Positions 1-9,215 of a stretch of 64,000 bases of DNA are shown here, piece after piece. The DNA is taken from the NCBI GenBank assembly GCA_017935505.1, contig JAGBHM010000027.1, positions 537 through 64,536 on the forward strand, in the 5' to 3' direction. Within the stretch, counting starts at the first letter, position 1. The number at the start of each line of letters is the position of its first letter. The notes below the pieces were generated by a model that saw only the letters and a list, made by a program, of their open reading frames with translations, made no database searches and had not been told where the DNA came from. Source of the stretch: Bacteroidales bacterium. Lineage in GTDB: Bacteria; Bacteroidota; Bacteroidia; Bacteroidales; UBA932. Position numbers and translations under genes: made by a program.

Positions 1-1145
1 CAGTAACAATCAATGGAGAGAGAGTCACATTTTCTACAGGAAAACAAGTCCTTGTAAGCAAATGGGACAAAGTAAAACAACAAGTAAAGGGTAAGGATGA
101 GGAAGCTAAGGCTCTGAATGCATTTTTGAAATCCGTTGTGACCAAACTCTACGATAAAGAGGTCGAGTTGAACAAAAGAGGGTTCATTGTTACAGCAGAA
201 CTTTTAAAGGATGCATACTTTGATAAGGTGGAATCCATAAAGGAGCATACCTTGATGGAAGTCTTTACAGAGCATAACAACGAACAAGAAAAGCTGTTGG
301 GAAAAGGAGTTTCCAAAGCAACTCATTGGGTGTCTGTTTACACTCTACGGCTCATTAAGGAGTTTATGTCCCAAAAGTACAAGAGAGGGGATATATATTT
401 GAGAGAGTTGAACATCAGCTTTATTCAGGGCTTTCATGCGTTCCTGAGAATTGATAAGGAGATGGCTCAGAATTCCTCTATCAAGCATCTAAAGCTCCTT
501 AAAAAGGTTATAAACCTTGCTGTAGCCAATACTTATATGACCTTTAACCCATTTATGGCATATAAGGTAGAGAGGGAGCCTGTGGAGATAGATTTCTTGG
601 ATGCAGAAGAATTGCAGAAGATAATCAACTTTGACACCCCAATACCCCGATTTGAAAGGGCCAGGGATATGTTCCTCTTTGGCTGTTTTACAGGTTTAAG
701 CTATATAGATATCAAAACCCTAACGGCAGAGCATTTTGAACGTGATCCACAAGGTAGAATCTGGATAAAGAAACACAGGGTAAAGACAGGAGTCCTTGCC
801 AGAATCCCTTTACTCCCGATGGCAAAACTTATATTGGAAAAATACAAAGGGGGAAGCAAACTCCTTCCAATACAGGATGCTGCGGATGTAAACAAATACC
901 TTAAGGATATTGCAATCTTGTGCGGTATAGAAAAACATCTTACCTTCCACACAAGCCGTCACACCTTTGCAAGCACAGTAACACTTGCCAATAATATTTC
1001 TCTGGAAGTTGTCTCTAAAATGCTTGGACATACCAACACTAGAATGACCAATCATTATGCAAAATTGATTGATAAATGCATTGGCGAACAGATGGATACC
1101 CTTGCAAATATCTTCTCATCTGATACAGATAATCCGGCCGTTTAA
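1..1145 (+). CDS. Tyrosine-type site-specific integrase (mobile-element family); the N-terminus runs off the left edge
   Basis: The frame is open from nt 3 (VTINGERVTFSTGKQVLVSKWDK...), so the listed TTG at 126 is internal. Catalytic-domain motifs are visible: ARDMFLFGCFTGLSYIDI (Arg box), HTSRHTFAS (HxxR) and LGHTNTRMTNHYA (His...Tyr nucleophile). Confidence 0.9.
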   Translation, partial: VTINGERVTFSTGKQVLVSKWDKVKQQVKGKDEEAKALNAFLKSVVTKLYDKEVELNKRGFIVTAELLKDAYFDKVESIKEHTLMEVFTEHNNEQEKLLGKGVSKATHWVSVYTLRLIKEFMSQKYKRGDIYLRELNISFIQGFHAFLRIDKEMAQNSSIKHLKLLKKVINLAVANTYMTFNPFMAYKVEREPVEIDFLDAEELQKIINFDTPIPRFERARDMFLFGCFTGLSYIDIKTLTAEHFERDPQGRIWIKKHRVKTGVLARIPLLPMAKLILEKYKGGSKLLPIQDAADVNKYLKDIAILCGIEKHLTFHTSRHTFASTVTLANNISLEVVSKMLGHTNTRMTNHYAKLIDKCIGEQMDTLANIFSSDTDNPAV

Positions 1146-1150
1146 GATAT

Positions 1151-1187
1151 GGAACTGCTCAATAAACGGGGCAGTTCCTTTCTATTT
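1151..1187 (+). terminator. Rho-independent terminator after the integrase
   Basis: GGAACTGC (1151-1158) pairs with GCAGTTCC (1171-1178) and is followed by the T-rich TTTCTATTT. Confidence 0.55.
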
Positions 1188-1241
1188 GACAGGACTATGC
1201 AAATAAATGGGTAAATTTGAGGAAACAAAAAAATTTAAGCT

Positions 1242-2249
1242 ATGGCTGAGAAATACACTTATAAGGTAGAAGAAGCAGAACTCAAGAATATTGTATATGA
1301 TTTGGGGCTCCATTATGGTCTGCAACTGTTAAATTACGGTAAGCCGGAAAATGGAGGGAAGCATTACTCTTTTGAATTTCCATTCTCTAAGGATGAGTTT
1401 TACAAGATATTTGAAGATTCACCACTTCCTCCAATAGCAGAGAACCTCCCTATAATAGATGCCATAATGTATATGACTTGCCCTTGCAGGATGAAGGAGT
1501 ATATTGAGCAGAAGGCGCAGCAGTCAGATGACAGTGAAAAGGAGTTTGATGAATATGTGGAAAGGTTAAAACAGGAGTATGAGGAGGAACATGGCAGGCC
1601 AATGGATGACCAAACTTATGAGGCGCTCATAGATGACCTGACATACTTTGACTATGATGCATATGTTGAGTGCTTTTATTATGAACGTGCAAGGAAGGAT
1701 TTGCTGATGCTGTATAAGGCATCCCAAGAATGGATAGAAGCAGGGGATGAGGATACTGCCATCACAATAAAGATGGGTAAATGCAAATCCGTGAAATTGG
1801 AAAATGTAAACAATTGGTTCTCAAAAGTTTTGCTGTCCAATCATTTTGATGAATACCTGAAACCAATCAAATCCAAGGAGGATGCCATAGCAGAACTGAA
1901 CTCCTTGAGTTATAAAGGGGCAAAATTACCACGCCCTTTAACCAATAACTTCATATGGGGTACATACAATATAATATCCAATCATTTAAATGATGGTACA
2001 GTAACCAAGTCCTTCTGCTATCTTCTGGTGGAGCTGTTCAAAATAATGAACTATCCAAAGAGTTACATAGATAAACTTGAGAGTGACCCAGATTTCAAAT
2101 ACCTGAGAAGTACGATAAGCAATATCAAGAGGGATCCAGAAACGCATTTAAGGCATGTGGAAGTATCATCGTGGGGAGTTAAAAAGGCTATAGAAGAGGG
2201 CAATCCGATTGCACTAATTGGCTGTAAACTATACAGGAAGATGAAATAA
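1242..2249 (+). CDS. Hypothetical acidic protein (335 aa), no recognisable motif
   Basis: Long ORF with an ATG start, co-directional with the integrase. It has an Asp/Glu-rich central region. I recognise no family. Confidence 0.6.
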   Translation: MAEKYTYKVEEAELKNIVYDLGLHYGLQLLNYGKPENGGKHYSFEFPFSKDEFYKIFEDSPLPPIAENLPIIDAIMYMTCPCRMKEYIEQKAQQSDDSEKEFDEYVERLKQEYEEEHGRPMDDQTYEALIDDLTYFDYDAYVECFYYERARKDLLMLYKASQEWIEAGDEDTAITIKMGKCKSVKLENVNNWFSKVLLSNHFDEYLKPIKSKEDAIAELNSLSYKGAKLPRPLTNNFIWGTYNIISNHLNDGTVTKSFCYLLVELFKIMNYPKSYIDKLESDPDFKYLRSTISNIKRDPETHLRHVEVSSWGVKKAIEEGNPIALIGCKLYRKMK

Positions 2250-2341
2250 GACAGAGGAATCCCATTGCGGTATAATTTGAAATTGTCCATTTTTTGCGGT
2301 TTTCAAATTATATTAAACCATTGAAAATAAGTGTGTTACAT

Positions 2342-2372
2342 TTTGTGGCAGAAAAATGTTGTCATATATTTG
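2342..2372 (+). promoter_or_regulatory. Bacteroidetes-type promoter (-33 TTTG / -7 TAtaTTTG)
   Basis: TTTG at 2342-2345 and TATATTTG at 2365-2372 are spaced 19 nt apart, about 95 nt upstream of the 2468 ATG. Confidence 0.4.
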
Positions 2373-2467
2373 CACCCAGAAACGGAGTTGATAAGGCGCC
2401 GTCAACAAAGTTTCTGAGGCAAAGGGCCTCCTCAGAAAATGGCCCATAATTATTCAAATTTTCAATA

Positions 2468-2941
2468 ATGAAAAAATTTTTTAATATTAGTCACATTAAA
2501 GGCGTAGACCTTTCAATAGCAGAGATTATCTCAGAAATTAAAATGGCATTTAATGAGCCAAAAGCAGTATTGTTAATGACCCCAAGGGTTGACAAAGGAG
2601 AGCAACCCTACGCTTGGATTGGAATTAGGGTGGAAGAAACCCAGTTAAACATGAAACTTCAACTTAACGAAGATATTATGAAGTTCCTCATAGCCTTTCT
2701 TCAGGGCAAAGAACTTCCAGAAGTTTCAGACTTCAAAATTCCAGAGGGTATTGTGGATGCCGAGAAATGGTTGACAAACCATTATAATGAGTACGCAGTA
2801 GAAGCACAGGCTGAGAAGAAAGAGGCTTCAACTTCTGAAGGAGTTTTTTACCTGAATAAAGTGTTGGTGTTTGAAAGGGGTAAGATTACCTACCCAGGCA
2901 AACCTTACGAAAGTATTCTTAGTATGCTTGTTGGGGCGTAA
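2468..2941 (+). CDS. Hypothetical protein (157 aa)
   Basis: ORF with its own promoter-like box upstream and a terminator downstream. No recognisable motif. Confidence 0.6.
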   Translation: MKKFFNISHIKGVDLSIAEIISEIKMAFNEPKAVLLMTPRVDKGEQPYAWIGIRVEETQLNMKLQLNEDIMKFLIAFLQGKELPEVSDFKIPEGIVDAEKWLTNHYNEYAVEAQAEKKEASTSEGVFYLNKVLVFERGKITYPGKPYESILSMLVGA

Positions 2942-2954
2942 AGCCTCAGAGGAA

Positions 2955-2984
2955 GGGGAGGGTAAAAGCCCTCTCCCTTTTTTT
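2955..2984 (+). terminator. Rho-independent terminator
   Basis: GGGGAGGG (2955-2962), loop TAAAAG, then CCCTCTCC (2969-2976), followed by T7 (2978-2984). Confidence 0.6.
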
Positions 2985-3003
2985 AACCTAAAACAGATAC
3001 CTT

Positions 3004-4863
3004 ATGCAAACTGAAAGTATCCAACTTAACAACGGTCAATACATAGGCGAAGTTCTCAAAGACATCCCCACCAATACAATCCTTGACAAGACTATCTGCG
3101 GATGTGGTGCAACAACCCTTGAGATAGCAACTCCAAGGCATTCCATAATCATTGAACCTAACCTGCCGGTAATTTTGGGCAAGCAAGACGGACATCCGGA
3201 TATGTTGGGAGTATATGAAGCGGTTACCGTTCCCAAGGTGGAGGAGTATTTGCAGGAATATGCCAACAGTTATGAACCGCTTATAAATACTGAAGGGAAA
3301 ATTAGGTATGAGTTGCCGAAGAAAATATATTACAAGATTATGACTACCCCTGAAGGGTTCCATAAAGTCAAGACGGCAATAAATAACAGCGGAATGAACT
3401 TGTACCAAGATTTTTTTCTATTGTTTGATGAATGTGAAAAGGCAAGTCAGGATGTTGACTATAGAAATTCCATACTCAACCCAATAGATGACTTCTTTTT
3501 GTGCAACAACAAGGCAATGGTCTCAGCAACCCCTATAATTGTGAATGACCCCCGATTTGAACAGCAGGAATTTAAGAAAATAAAGGTTGCTCCCACCTAT
3601 GACTATAGGCAACCGCTTTCCCTTGTGATTACAACCAATGTGAACAACATATTGGATAATATTCTCAGGAAATTACCACAGCATTTGAAAGCCTGTATCT
3701 TTTTCAATACAACAGAGGGAATCAAAGAGGTGGTTGAGCAGATGCATTTGAAAGGACAAAGCAATATTTTTTGTGGGGCAGAGAGCAGGAGTAAACTTGT
3801 AAAGGAAAATATACAAAGTGTTTATACCAACCTTGTAAAAATAGATGGTAAGATTCAGTTGGAAAGATATAATTTCTTTACAAGCCGTTTTTTTTCTGCG
3901 GTGGATATTATCCTTGATACCCCACCCGTTGTGATTATTGTCACAGATGTTTACAAATCCATTCATTCAATCATAGACCCTTATACAGAAGCGGTGCAGA
4001 TTGCAGGGCGGTTCAGGAATGGAATCCATAAACTTTACCATATAACCAACTTCAATTCTACTATAGAACCCCAGAATAAAGAGCAGATAGAGCAGTTCCT
4101 GCATGAACAGCATGAATATTATACAAAGCTTAGGGAATTGTCAGAGACCGCCACAACAGGAGGCTCAATGACGGTTGCGGACCAATCATTGACAAGGGTG
4201 GATTATGCAAAATATATCCTGCCAAACGGGGACCCCAATTTCTTTATGTATAACAATACTGTGAGAGATGAACAAGTGCGAGGATGGTATAGAACCCCCA
4301 AGCATATCATAGGGGCTTATAACCATAAGTCTTTTGCTGTAACTCCGCATTTTGTGAAGTATAAAATGTCAGATGAGGATAGGCAAAAATTGGAGGAGGT
4401 CAAAAATAAATCCCAACAGGAGGCGAACCAATTTCTGTTGGAGTTAAGAGAAAAGTTAGAAAATCCAGATAACCATTATGATGAAGAATGCAAAAAATAC
4501 ATAGATAAGAATTGGCCTTTGGTGGCAGAAGGGTGCAGGGAACTTGGAGTGGAGGGGATGAGGTCTCTCCCTAATTTAAAGAATTTAACAATCTTGGACA
4601 AAATCAAGAAAAGCAGGGAGGCAAAACAATATAGCCAAAACTGTGTGGTTACAGCAGTATATGATAGTTTCAAGGTTGGTGAAACTTATATGCTGAGTGA
4701 AGTAAATGAGAAATTGAAGGCCATATTTATTACAAATGGAATCAGAGTTGACAAGCGAGGAGTGGGCAAAGCTCTCAAGAAATATTTTGAGACAGAGGAG
4801 TGCTGGAGGCAGAAAAGTAAGGCTGTCCGCATCATCCGGAAAATTGGAATGGCTACTACCTAA
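3004..4863 (+). CDS. SF2 helicase-like protein with degenerate motif I
   Basis: Ordered SF2 motifs are present: motif I-like DKTICGCGATTLE (Lys replaced by Ala), motif II LLFDECE, motif III VSATPI and motif VI-like QIAGRFRNG. Confidence 0.55.
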   Translation: MQTESIQLNNGQYIGEVLKDIPTNTILDKTICGCGATTLEIATPRHSIIIEPNLPVILGKQDGHPDMLGVYEAVTVPKVEEYLQEYANSYEPLINTEGKIRYELPKKIYYKIMTTPEGFHKVKTAINNSGMNLYQDFFLLFDECEKASQDVDYRNSILNPIDDFFLCNNKAMVSATPIIVNDPRFEQQEFKKIKVAPTYDYRQPLSLVITTNVNNILDNILRKLPQHLKACIFFNTTEGIKEVVEQMHLKGQSNIFCGAESRSKLVKENIQSVYTNLVKIDGKIQLERYNFFTSRFFSAVDIILDTPPVVIIVTDVYKSIHSIIDPYTEAVQIAGRFRNGIHKLYHITNFNSTIEPQNKEQIEQFLHEQHEYYTKLRELSETATTGGSMTVADQSLTRVDYAKYILPNGDPNFFMYNNTVRDEQVRGWYRTPKHIIGAYNHKSFAVTPHFVKYKMSDEDRQKLEEVKNKSQQEANQFLLELREKLENPDNHYDEECKKYIDKNWPLVAEGCRELGVEGMRSLPNLKNLTILDKIKKSREAKQYSQNCVVTAVYDSFKVGETYMLSEVNEKLKAIFITNGIRVDKRGVGKALKKYFETEECWRQKSKAVRIIRKIGMATT

Positions 4864-5122
4864 TTTATATATTCCCCTATATATAGACCCCTGAAAAAAA
4901 TAGGTTGTCGGTTGCAAGTTGAAAATATAGCCCTCAAAGGGGGATTATCCCTCCAGATGTCCCCCTCCCCATTTTTTCTGAAAAATTTTCTGGAAACTCA
5001 GCCATCTTAACACATACCCAGAATAACAATCCTTTTAAAAGGTTTGCTCCAGAAAAATTCATTTCATTGGTTTAGAATACTCAGTCTGCTTCTTGAATCC
5101 CGACAAATAAAAATATCGGCCT

Positions 5123-5575
5123 ATGAAAACGGATTTCAAAGTTGCAGAGGTGCAATTGACTTACAAGAACAGGATTCCATGCAAGGACAGACAACAGATT
5201 ACAGGATCAGGAACGGCCTACCACATTGTAAAGGCACAGTTTCCCGATGAAACCATAGATTATAGGGAGAGTTTCAAGGTTATTTATATGAATAGATCAA
5301 ACCATGTTTTGGGGTGCCTGACAGTATCCGAAGGTGGGCCATGCTCAACAGCCGTTGATGTGAAGCTCATTCTACAGGGTGCTTTGCTTACCAATGCAAG
5401 TGGAGTCATTCTTGCACATAACCATCCAAGTGGGAACTTGAAGCCGAGTGAACCAGACAAGATTATGACTGAAAGGATAAGAAAGGCTTTAACGGTTATG
5501 GAGGTAAATCTGTTGGACCACCTTATTGTTACAAGGGAGAGCTATTTCAGTTTTGTTGATGAAGGGGTGATGTAG
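5123..5575 (+). CDS. radC: RadC-like JAB/MPN domain protein
   Basis: JAMM motif HNHPSGNLKPSEPD. The ~150 aa size is typical of the short RadC proteins on Bacteroidetes mobile elements. Confidence 0.9.
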   Translation: MKTDFKVAEVQLTYKNRIPCKDRQQITGSGTAYHIVKAQFPDETIDYRESFKVIYMNRSNHVLGCLTVSEGGPCSTAVDVKLILQGALLTNASGVILAHNHPSGNLKPSEPDKIMTERIRKALTVMEVNLLDHLIVTRESYFSFVDEGVM

Positions 5576-5687
5576 AGATACATTGCCCCAATTTTTTTAT
5601 AAAGTATTTTTCTGTCAATATTGATTTTTAGGAATATTTGGGGGAAATTTGTTTCAAGCAACAGCTTCAGAGTAAGAAAATATTTCC

Positions 5688-5695
5688 TACCTTTG
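5688..5695 (+). promoter_or_regulatory. Candidate -7 box TAccTTTG
   Basis: Exact TAnnTTTG match. No good -33 TTTG at the expected spacing. It would drive a ~280-nt leader containing the hairpin at 5755-5877. Confidence 0.35.
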
Positions 5696-5754
5696 TAGAG
5701 TCGCCGAAAGGTGATATACATATAAACACATAGGAAGTGTTTAGCTTAGTTCTC

Positions 5755-5877
5755 AGAGATAAAATCTGGTAAATTTTAGCAGGAGAATAAGCTGACTTAC
5801 TCACGCATATCTATATCCATAGATATTGGCGTGGGCTGTTGCTTATTTACTGCGCAGGTTTACCAGAGCCTTTCTCT
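5755..5877 (+). other. 123-nt imperfect palindrome (rod-like hairpin, about 40 bp paired)
   Basis: Helices paired by hand: 5755-5759/5873-5877, 5765-5773/5859-5867, 5779-5782/5850-5853, 5786-5792/5841-5847, 5802-5806/5829-5833 and 5807-5814/5819-5826. The apical loop is ATCC. Confidence 0.6.
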
Positions 5878-5978
5878 TAAATAAGTTAATAGTCCCACGC
5901 TTTCTTTTTATAAACATATACCATTTCTTGGGACACAGTGGTATCACTTTACAATAATGTGCTAATGACGATAGATTC

Positions 5979-6488
5979 ATGAAAAGAATTATTATTACAA
6001 TAGTATTTATTCTGATATCGAGCGGTGCTTTTTCTCAGAATGTATTTAGGTATAAATATTCATCATATATTGATGGATATTGGAGTGAATGGTCTGATGA
6101 ATACTTTAAGTGTTTGCATATAAATAATTTTGGAACTGTTTTGACAATTTTTGGAGAACATGAGCATCCATCGGAATATTCTTGTAAAATAACTATAACT
6201 AATTTTTATATACCAAGTAAGAAAGATATGAGGAAGATCAAGAAATCTGGTAAATTTTTAGAGTATTCAGGATATGTTGAATATTATCCTTGGGAATGGG
6301 ATAAATTGCGTACAGATAAAGACCGAGCTAGAGATTTTGTAAATAGAGGATTGACAAAAGTTCGTAATGAATCAAATAAGTTAAGAAAAGTTAGGGCAAC
6401 AATAAGCATTCAACCATTTGATAACTATCCAAGGGTATGGAATGTGTTTTTTGATGGAGTCGGTTTTGCAATTAACCTAAAAAATTAA
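5979..6488 (+). CDS. Secreted hypothetical protein (169 aa, signal peptide)
   Basis: The N-terminus MKRIIITIVFILISSGAFSQ is signal-like. About 28% GC. First gene of a co-directional cluster. Confidence 0.7.
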   Translation: MKRIIITIVFILISSGAFSQNVFRYKYSSYIDGYWSEWSDEYFKCLHINNFGTVLTIFGEHEHPSEYSCKITITNFYIPSKKDMRKIKKSGKFLEYSGYVEYYPWEWDKLRTDKDRARDFVNRGLTKVRNESNKLRKVRATISIQPFDNYPRVWNVFFDGVGFAINLKN

Positions 6489-6512
6489 TAGTTAAATTAA
6501 AACATAAGTGCT

Positions 6513-6995
6513 ATGAAAAAGTTATTATTATCATTTTTTTTATTCATTGCTTTATATTTTACATCTAATGGACAAAATGGCTTGGTTTATACTCCTAGTG
6601 TGCCAAACATTACATTGCCGACAATTAATATACCAAGAGCTCCTGTTAATGAATACTATGGGATGAGCGTATCGCCATCTCGTCCTGCGCTTTCATTGAT
6701 TGATCAGGAGGTTAAGATTGCACAGGCATTACTAGTTAATAGTGATAATGTTAGTTTATGTCAAGTTCAAATTAGTATTAAGTACTACTCAGATGAATCT
6801 GCCGAATATGAGGTTATTGGGATAAAACAAAACAATAGTTGGTCATCAATTAAAGGGAATTTAATATATATACCGAACTATCTTTCTCAGCCCCGTTTAA
6901 CATCAGAGTTGAAATCTTTCCTTTTATCATGCAATGAATACGCAAATTTTATCACAGAATTTAATGGAGGATTATTGTTGACAGGATTGAAGTAG
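6513..6995 (+). CDS. Secreted hypothetical protein (160 aa, signal peptide)
   Basis: The N-terminus MKKLLLSFFLFIALYFTSNGQ is signal-like. It starts 24 nt after the previous stop. Confidence 0.7.
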   Translation: MKKLLLSFFLFIALYFTSNGQNGLVYTPSVPNITLPTINIPRAPVNEYYGMSVSPSRPALSLIDQEVKIAQALLVNSDNVSLCQVQISIKYYSDESAEYEVIGIKQNNSWSSIKGNLIYIPNYLSQPRLTSELKSFLLSCNEYANFITEFNGGLLLTGLK

Positions 6996-7045
6996 AATTC
7001 ATTTAGAGAAACTGCATACCTAATTACTTCTAATTATAAGGTTGG

Positions 7046-8455
7046 ATGTATATGAAAACTATTGAAGAAAAACTGAAAATCTGCAGAGGATGTAAAAACA
7101 GAATAGAGTATCATTCTGGTTTGACTTGCTCAGTTACTAACAGTAAACCAGAGTTTGATGATGAATGCCCTAATTATGAACCAGATGAAAAAGAAATAGC
7201 AAGGAATAAAAGAAGACAAGAGAAAGAAGAGGCAAATAAAACGAAGGTAAGAGGATGGTTGGTGCTTTTTCTGTGGGGTGGAGTTTTTGGGGGGGTGATA
7301 TTGACTGCTGGACAAACTCTATTGCAAAGTGAAAATTTATTGTATGGAATAGTTGGATTGCTTCCCTTTACTCCAATGTTTATAATAGCAGCTATGACAA
7401 TCACTGCATTTTATAGACGAAAGGACAATGCGGTTGCTTTAGCTTATACGTATATTGGAATGCATGCGTTAAGTGCAGTGCTTGCAGCAATTGTCCTAAT
7501 TATTGCTAGCGATATGTTTTCTAACTCTGAAATCATTGACAATGTTTGGGATATCTTTAAATCACTTGTTTGGGCTGTAACTTGGGGGTCATTTATAAAA
7601 ATGTCCGAAAGGGTTAAGAATGCCATTCCCGAAGAAACAAGAAAGTGGAGAGTTCCAGAGAAGATACTGTTGATAGTATATATATTCTTATTGGGTGGCT
7701 CAATTTGGTTGACAAGTATTGGCGTTAAACAAGCATCAGGTGTATCTGAAGTTTCTGTAGAATCAATGATTGAACAGTTGAAGTCGGAGAGCCTTCCTAT
7801 TGAGGTTAGTGATGGAGTTATATTGGAATCTGTTGAGAAAAAAGATGGAAGAGTGGTATTTTCATATTCTATGAGTGAGATTGATAAAAGGGTGGTTAGT
7901 GAGGAAGATATGGAGGCGTATTTCTTGCAATTAAAATATTCAATATTGAATGTTTTGTGTCAACATCCAGAGAGTGAGCAATTAGCGGTGGCTTCTTTGA
8001 CAAAAGGAGATAATATGCTTTATACATATGCAGATAAGAATGGTGAGGCAATAGGAAATATCTTGATAACTAGTGATGATTATAAGAGAGTTATCGGAAA
8101 TAAAGGTGAAGATATTGTGGAAAAAAATGTTCTGTTGGAACTATTGGATGAGTATAATAAGATTATCCCTTGTGAGTATTTTGGTGGAACCGAGCTAATG
8201 TCTGTTGATTTGAATTATGATGAAAAAAATGTTGTGTATAATGTAAGGTTGCCAGAATTAAGTATGGATGAAATGTCGGCTGTTACTCAGAGTTATCTTG
8301 AGAATTATGTTTTGGAGAATTGGGGCGCAATAAAGGATTCCATGATAACCTTGGCAATGATAAATAAAATGGATATTGTATTTGTGTTCAAATCTTATTA
8401 TTCTGGGACGGATTATGCAAAGGTGGCAATTACGCCAGAGCAATATTTACAATAG
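7046..8455 (+). CDS. Membrane protein with an N-terminal Cys-rich zinc-ribbon-like segment and a C-terminal soluble region
   Basis: CRGCKN...LTCSV...DECPNY is followed by several hydrophobic helices (WLVLFLWGGVFGGVILTA etc.) and a ~240-aa non-hydrophobic tail. An alternative ATG lies at 7052. Confidence 0.7.
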   Translation: MYMKTIEEKLKICRGCKNRIEYHSGLTCSVTNSKPEFDDECPNYEPDEKEIARNKRRQEKEEANKTKVRGWLVLFLWGGVFGGVILTAGQTLLQSENLLYGIVGLLPFTPMFIIAAMTITAFYRRKDNAVALAYTYIGMHALSAVLAAIVLIIASDMFSNSEIIDNVWDIFKSLVWAVTWGSFIKMSERVKNAIPEETRKWRVPEKILLIVYIFLLGGSIWLTSIGVKQASGVSEVSVESMIEQLKSESLPIEVSDGVILESVEKKDGRVVFSYSMSEIDKRVVSEEDMEAYFLQLKYSILNVLCQHPESEQLAVASLTKGDNMLYTYADKNGEAIGNILITSDDYKRVIGNKGEDIVEKNVLLELLDEYNKIIPCEYFGGTELMSVDLNYDEKNVVYNVRLPELSMDEMSAVTQSYLENYVLENWGAIKDSMITLAMINKMDIVFVFKSYYSGTDYAKVAITPEQYLQ

Positions 8456-8471
8456 GATAAATGTGCGACTA

Positions 8472-9215
8472 ATGCGAGTTATTGCAACAATATTTTTGGT
8501 GCTTATAATTCCAATTATTACAATTTGTGGTGATTGGATTGCAGATTTGATGACCGTTAGAGTGGCATCGGGCTTAAATTACTTTGCGATAAGTCTTGGC
8601 GTGTCATTGTGGTTCTTATGGTTAGGATTAAAGATTGCCGAGAAGTGTAAAGATAGGTTTGCCCATACATCCAATGTGGCGTTGATAGGGGTGTCTGTTG
8701 TGGCATTTATGGGTTATGTAGCCATTGACTTGGTTGGAAGGTTTGACTTATTTATGCGCTTGTCTGATTATTTGGGGAGTTATCTTTCTGGGATGGTGGT
8801 TTATAGATTCCCGATGTTGCTGTATGGAGTGGTGTTTATGGTGTTGGGGGTGTTATTGCATGGGAAGGATGTTGGATTGTCGGGGAGAAAAGGATGGGTT
8901 TATGGTGGAATAAGTCTGGCATTGTACTTGGCGTGCTGTGTTGGTGCAGAACTTGTCTATTATGGCTTGGATGATTTGCATGTGGGTTATGCATTGATTC
9001 ATGCAGTTTCTGCTTTCCCTTTGCTTGCAATAGGATTGATTATATATGGATTGACTTATTCAAAAGAGTATACGGGAAAGGTTGCGGATTTTTTGGCTTA
9101 TTTGTGCCCGAGTGCCATTTTTATTTATGTGTTGAAACTATATTCCTCTCCAATTCTTGTGCTGCTGTATCTTGTGGGGATGTGGTTTGTTTATAGGAAG
9201 TTTGCCAGAAAATGA
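8472..9215 (+). CDS. Polytopic membrane protein
   Basis: I chose the internal ATG at 8472 (MRVIATIFLVLIIPII...). The listed start at 8376 would overlap the upstream gene by 80 nt. Multiple hydrophobic helices. Confidence 0.65.
   Translation: MRVIATIFLVLIIPIITICGDWIADLMTVRVASGLNYFAISLGVSLWFLWLGLKIAEKCKDRFAHTSNVALIGVSVVAFMGYVAIDLVGRFDLFMRLSDYLGSYLSGMVVYRFPMLLYGVVFMVLGVLLHGKDVGLSGRKGWVYGGISLALYLACCVGAELVYYGLDDLHVGYALIHAVSAFPLLAIGLIIYGLTYSKEYTGKVADFLAYLCPSAIFIYVLKLYSSPILVLLYLVGMWFVYRKFARK

Noticed and set aside
5044-5250. 68-aa ORF overlapping the start of radC.
   Set aside because: It is out of frame with, and overlapping, the well-supported RadC gene. No motif.
5829-5909. Possible alternative terminator: GCGTGGG (5829-5835) pairing with CCCACGC (5894-5900), followed by TTTCTTTTT. 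This would suggest a riboswitch-like switch with the rod hairpin.
   Set aside because: The loop would be about 58 nt. The pairing would form a pseudoknot with the outer helices of the rod. That is too speculative to call without folding energies or covariation.
8376-8471. The upstream extension of the membrane-protein ORF (listed start 8376).
   Set aside because: It would overlap the preceding gene by 80 nt. The ATG at 8472 gives a typical hydrophobic N-terminus 16 nt after the upstream stop.
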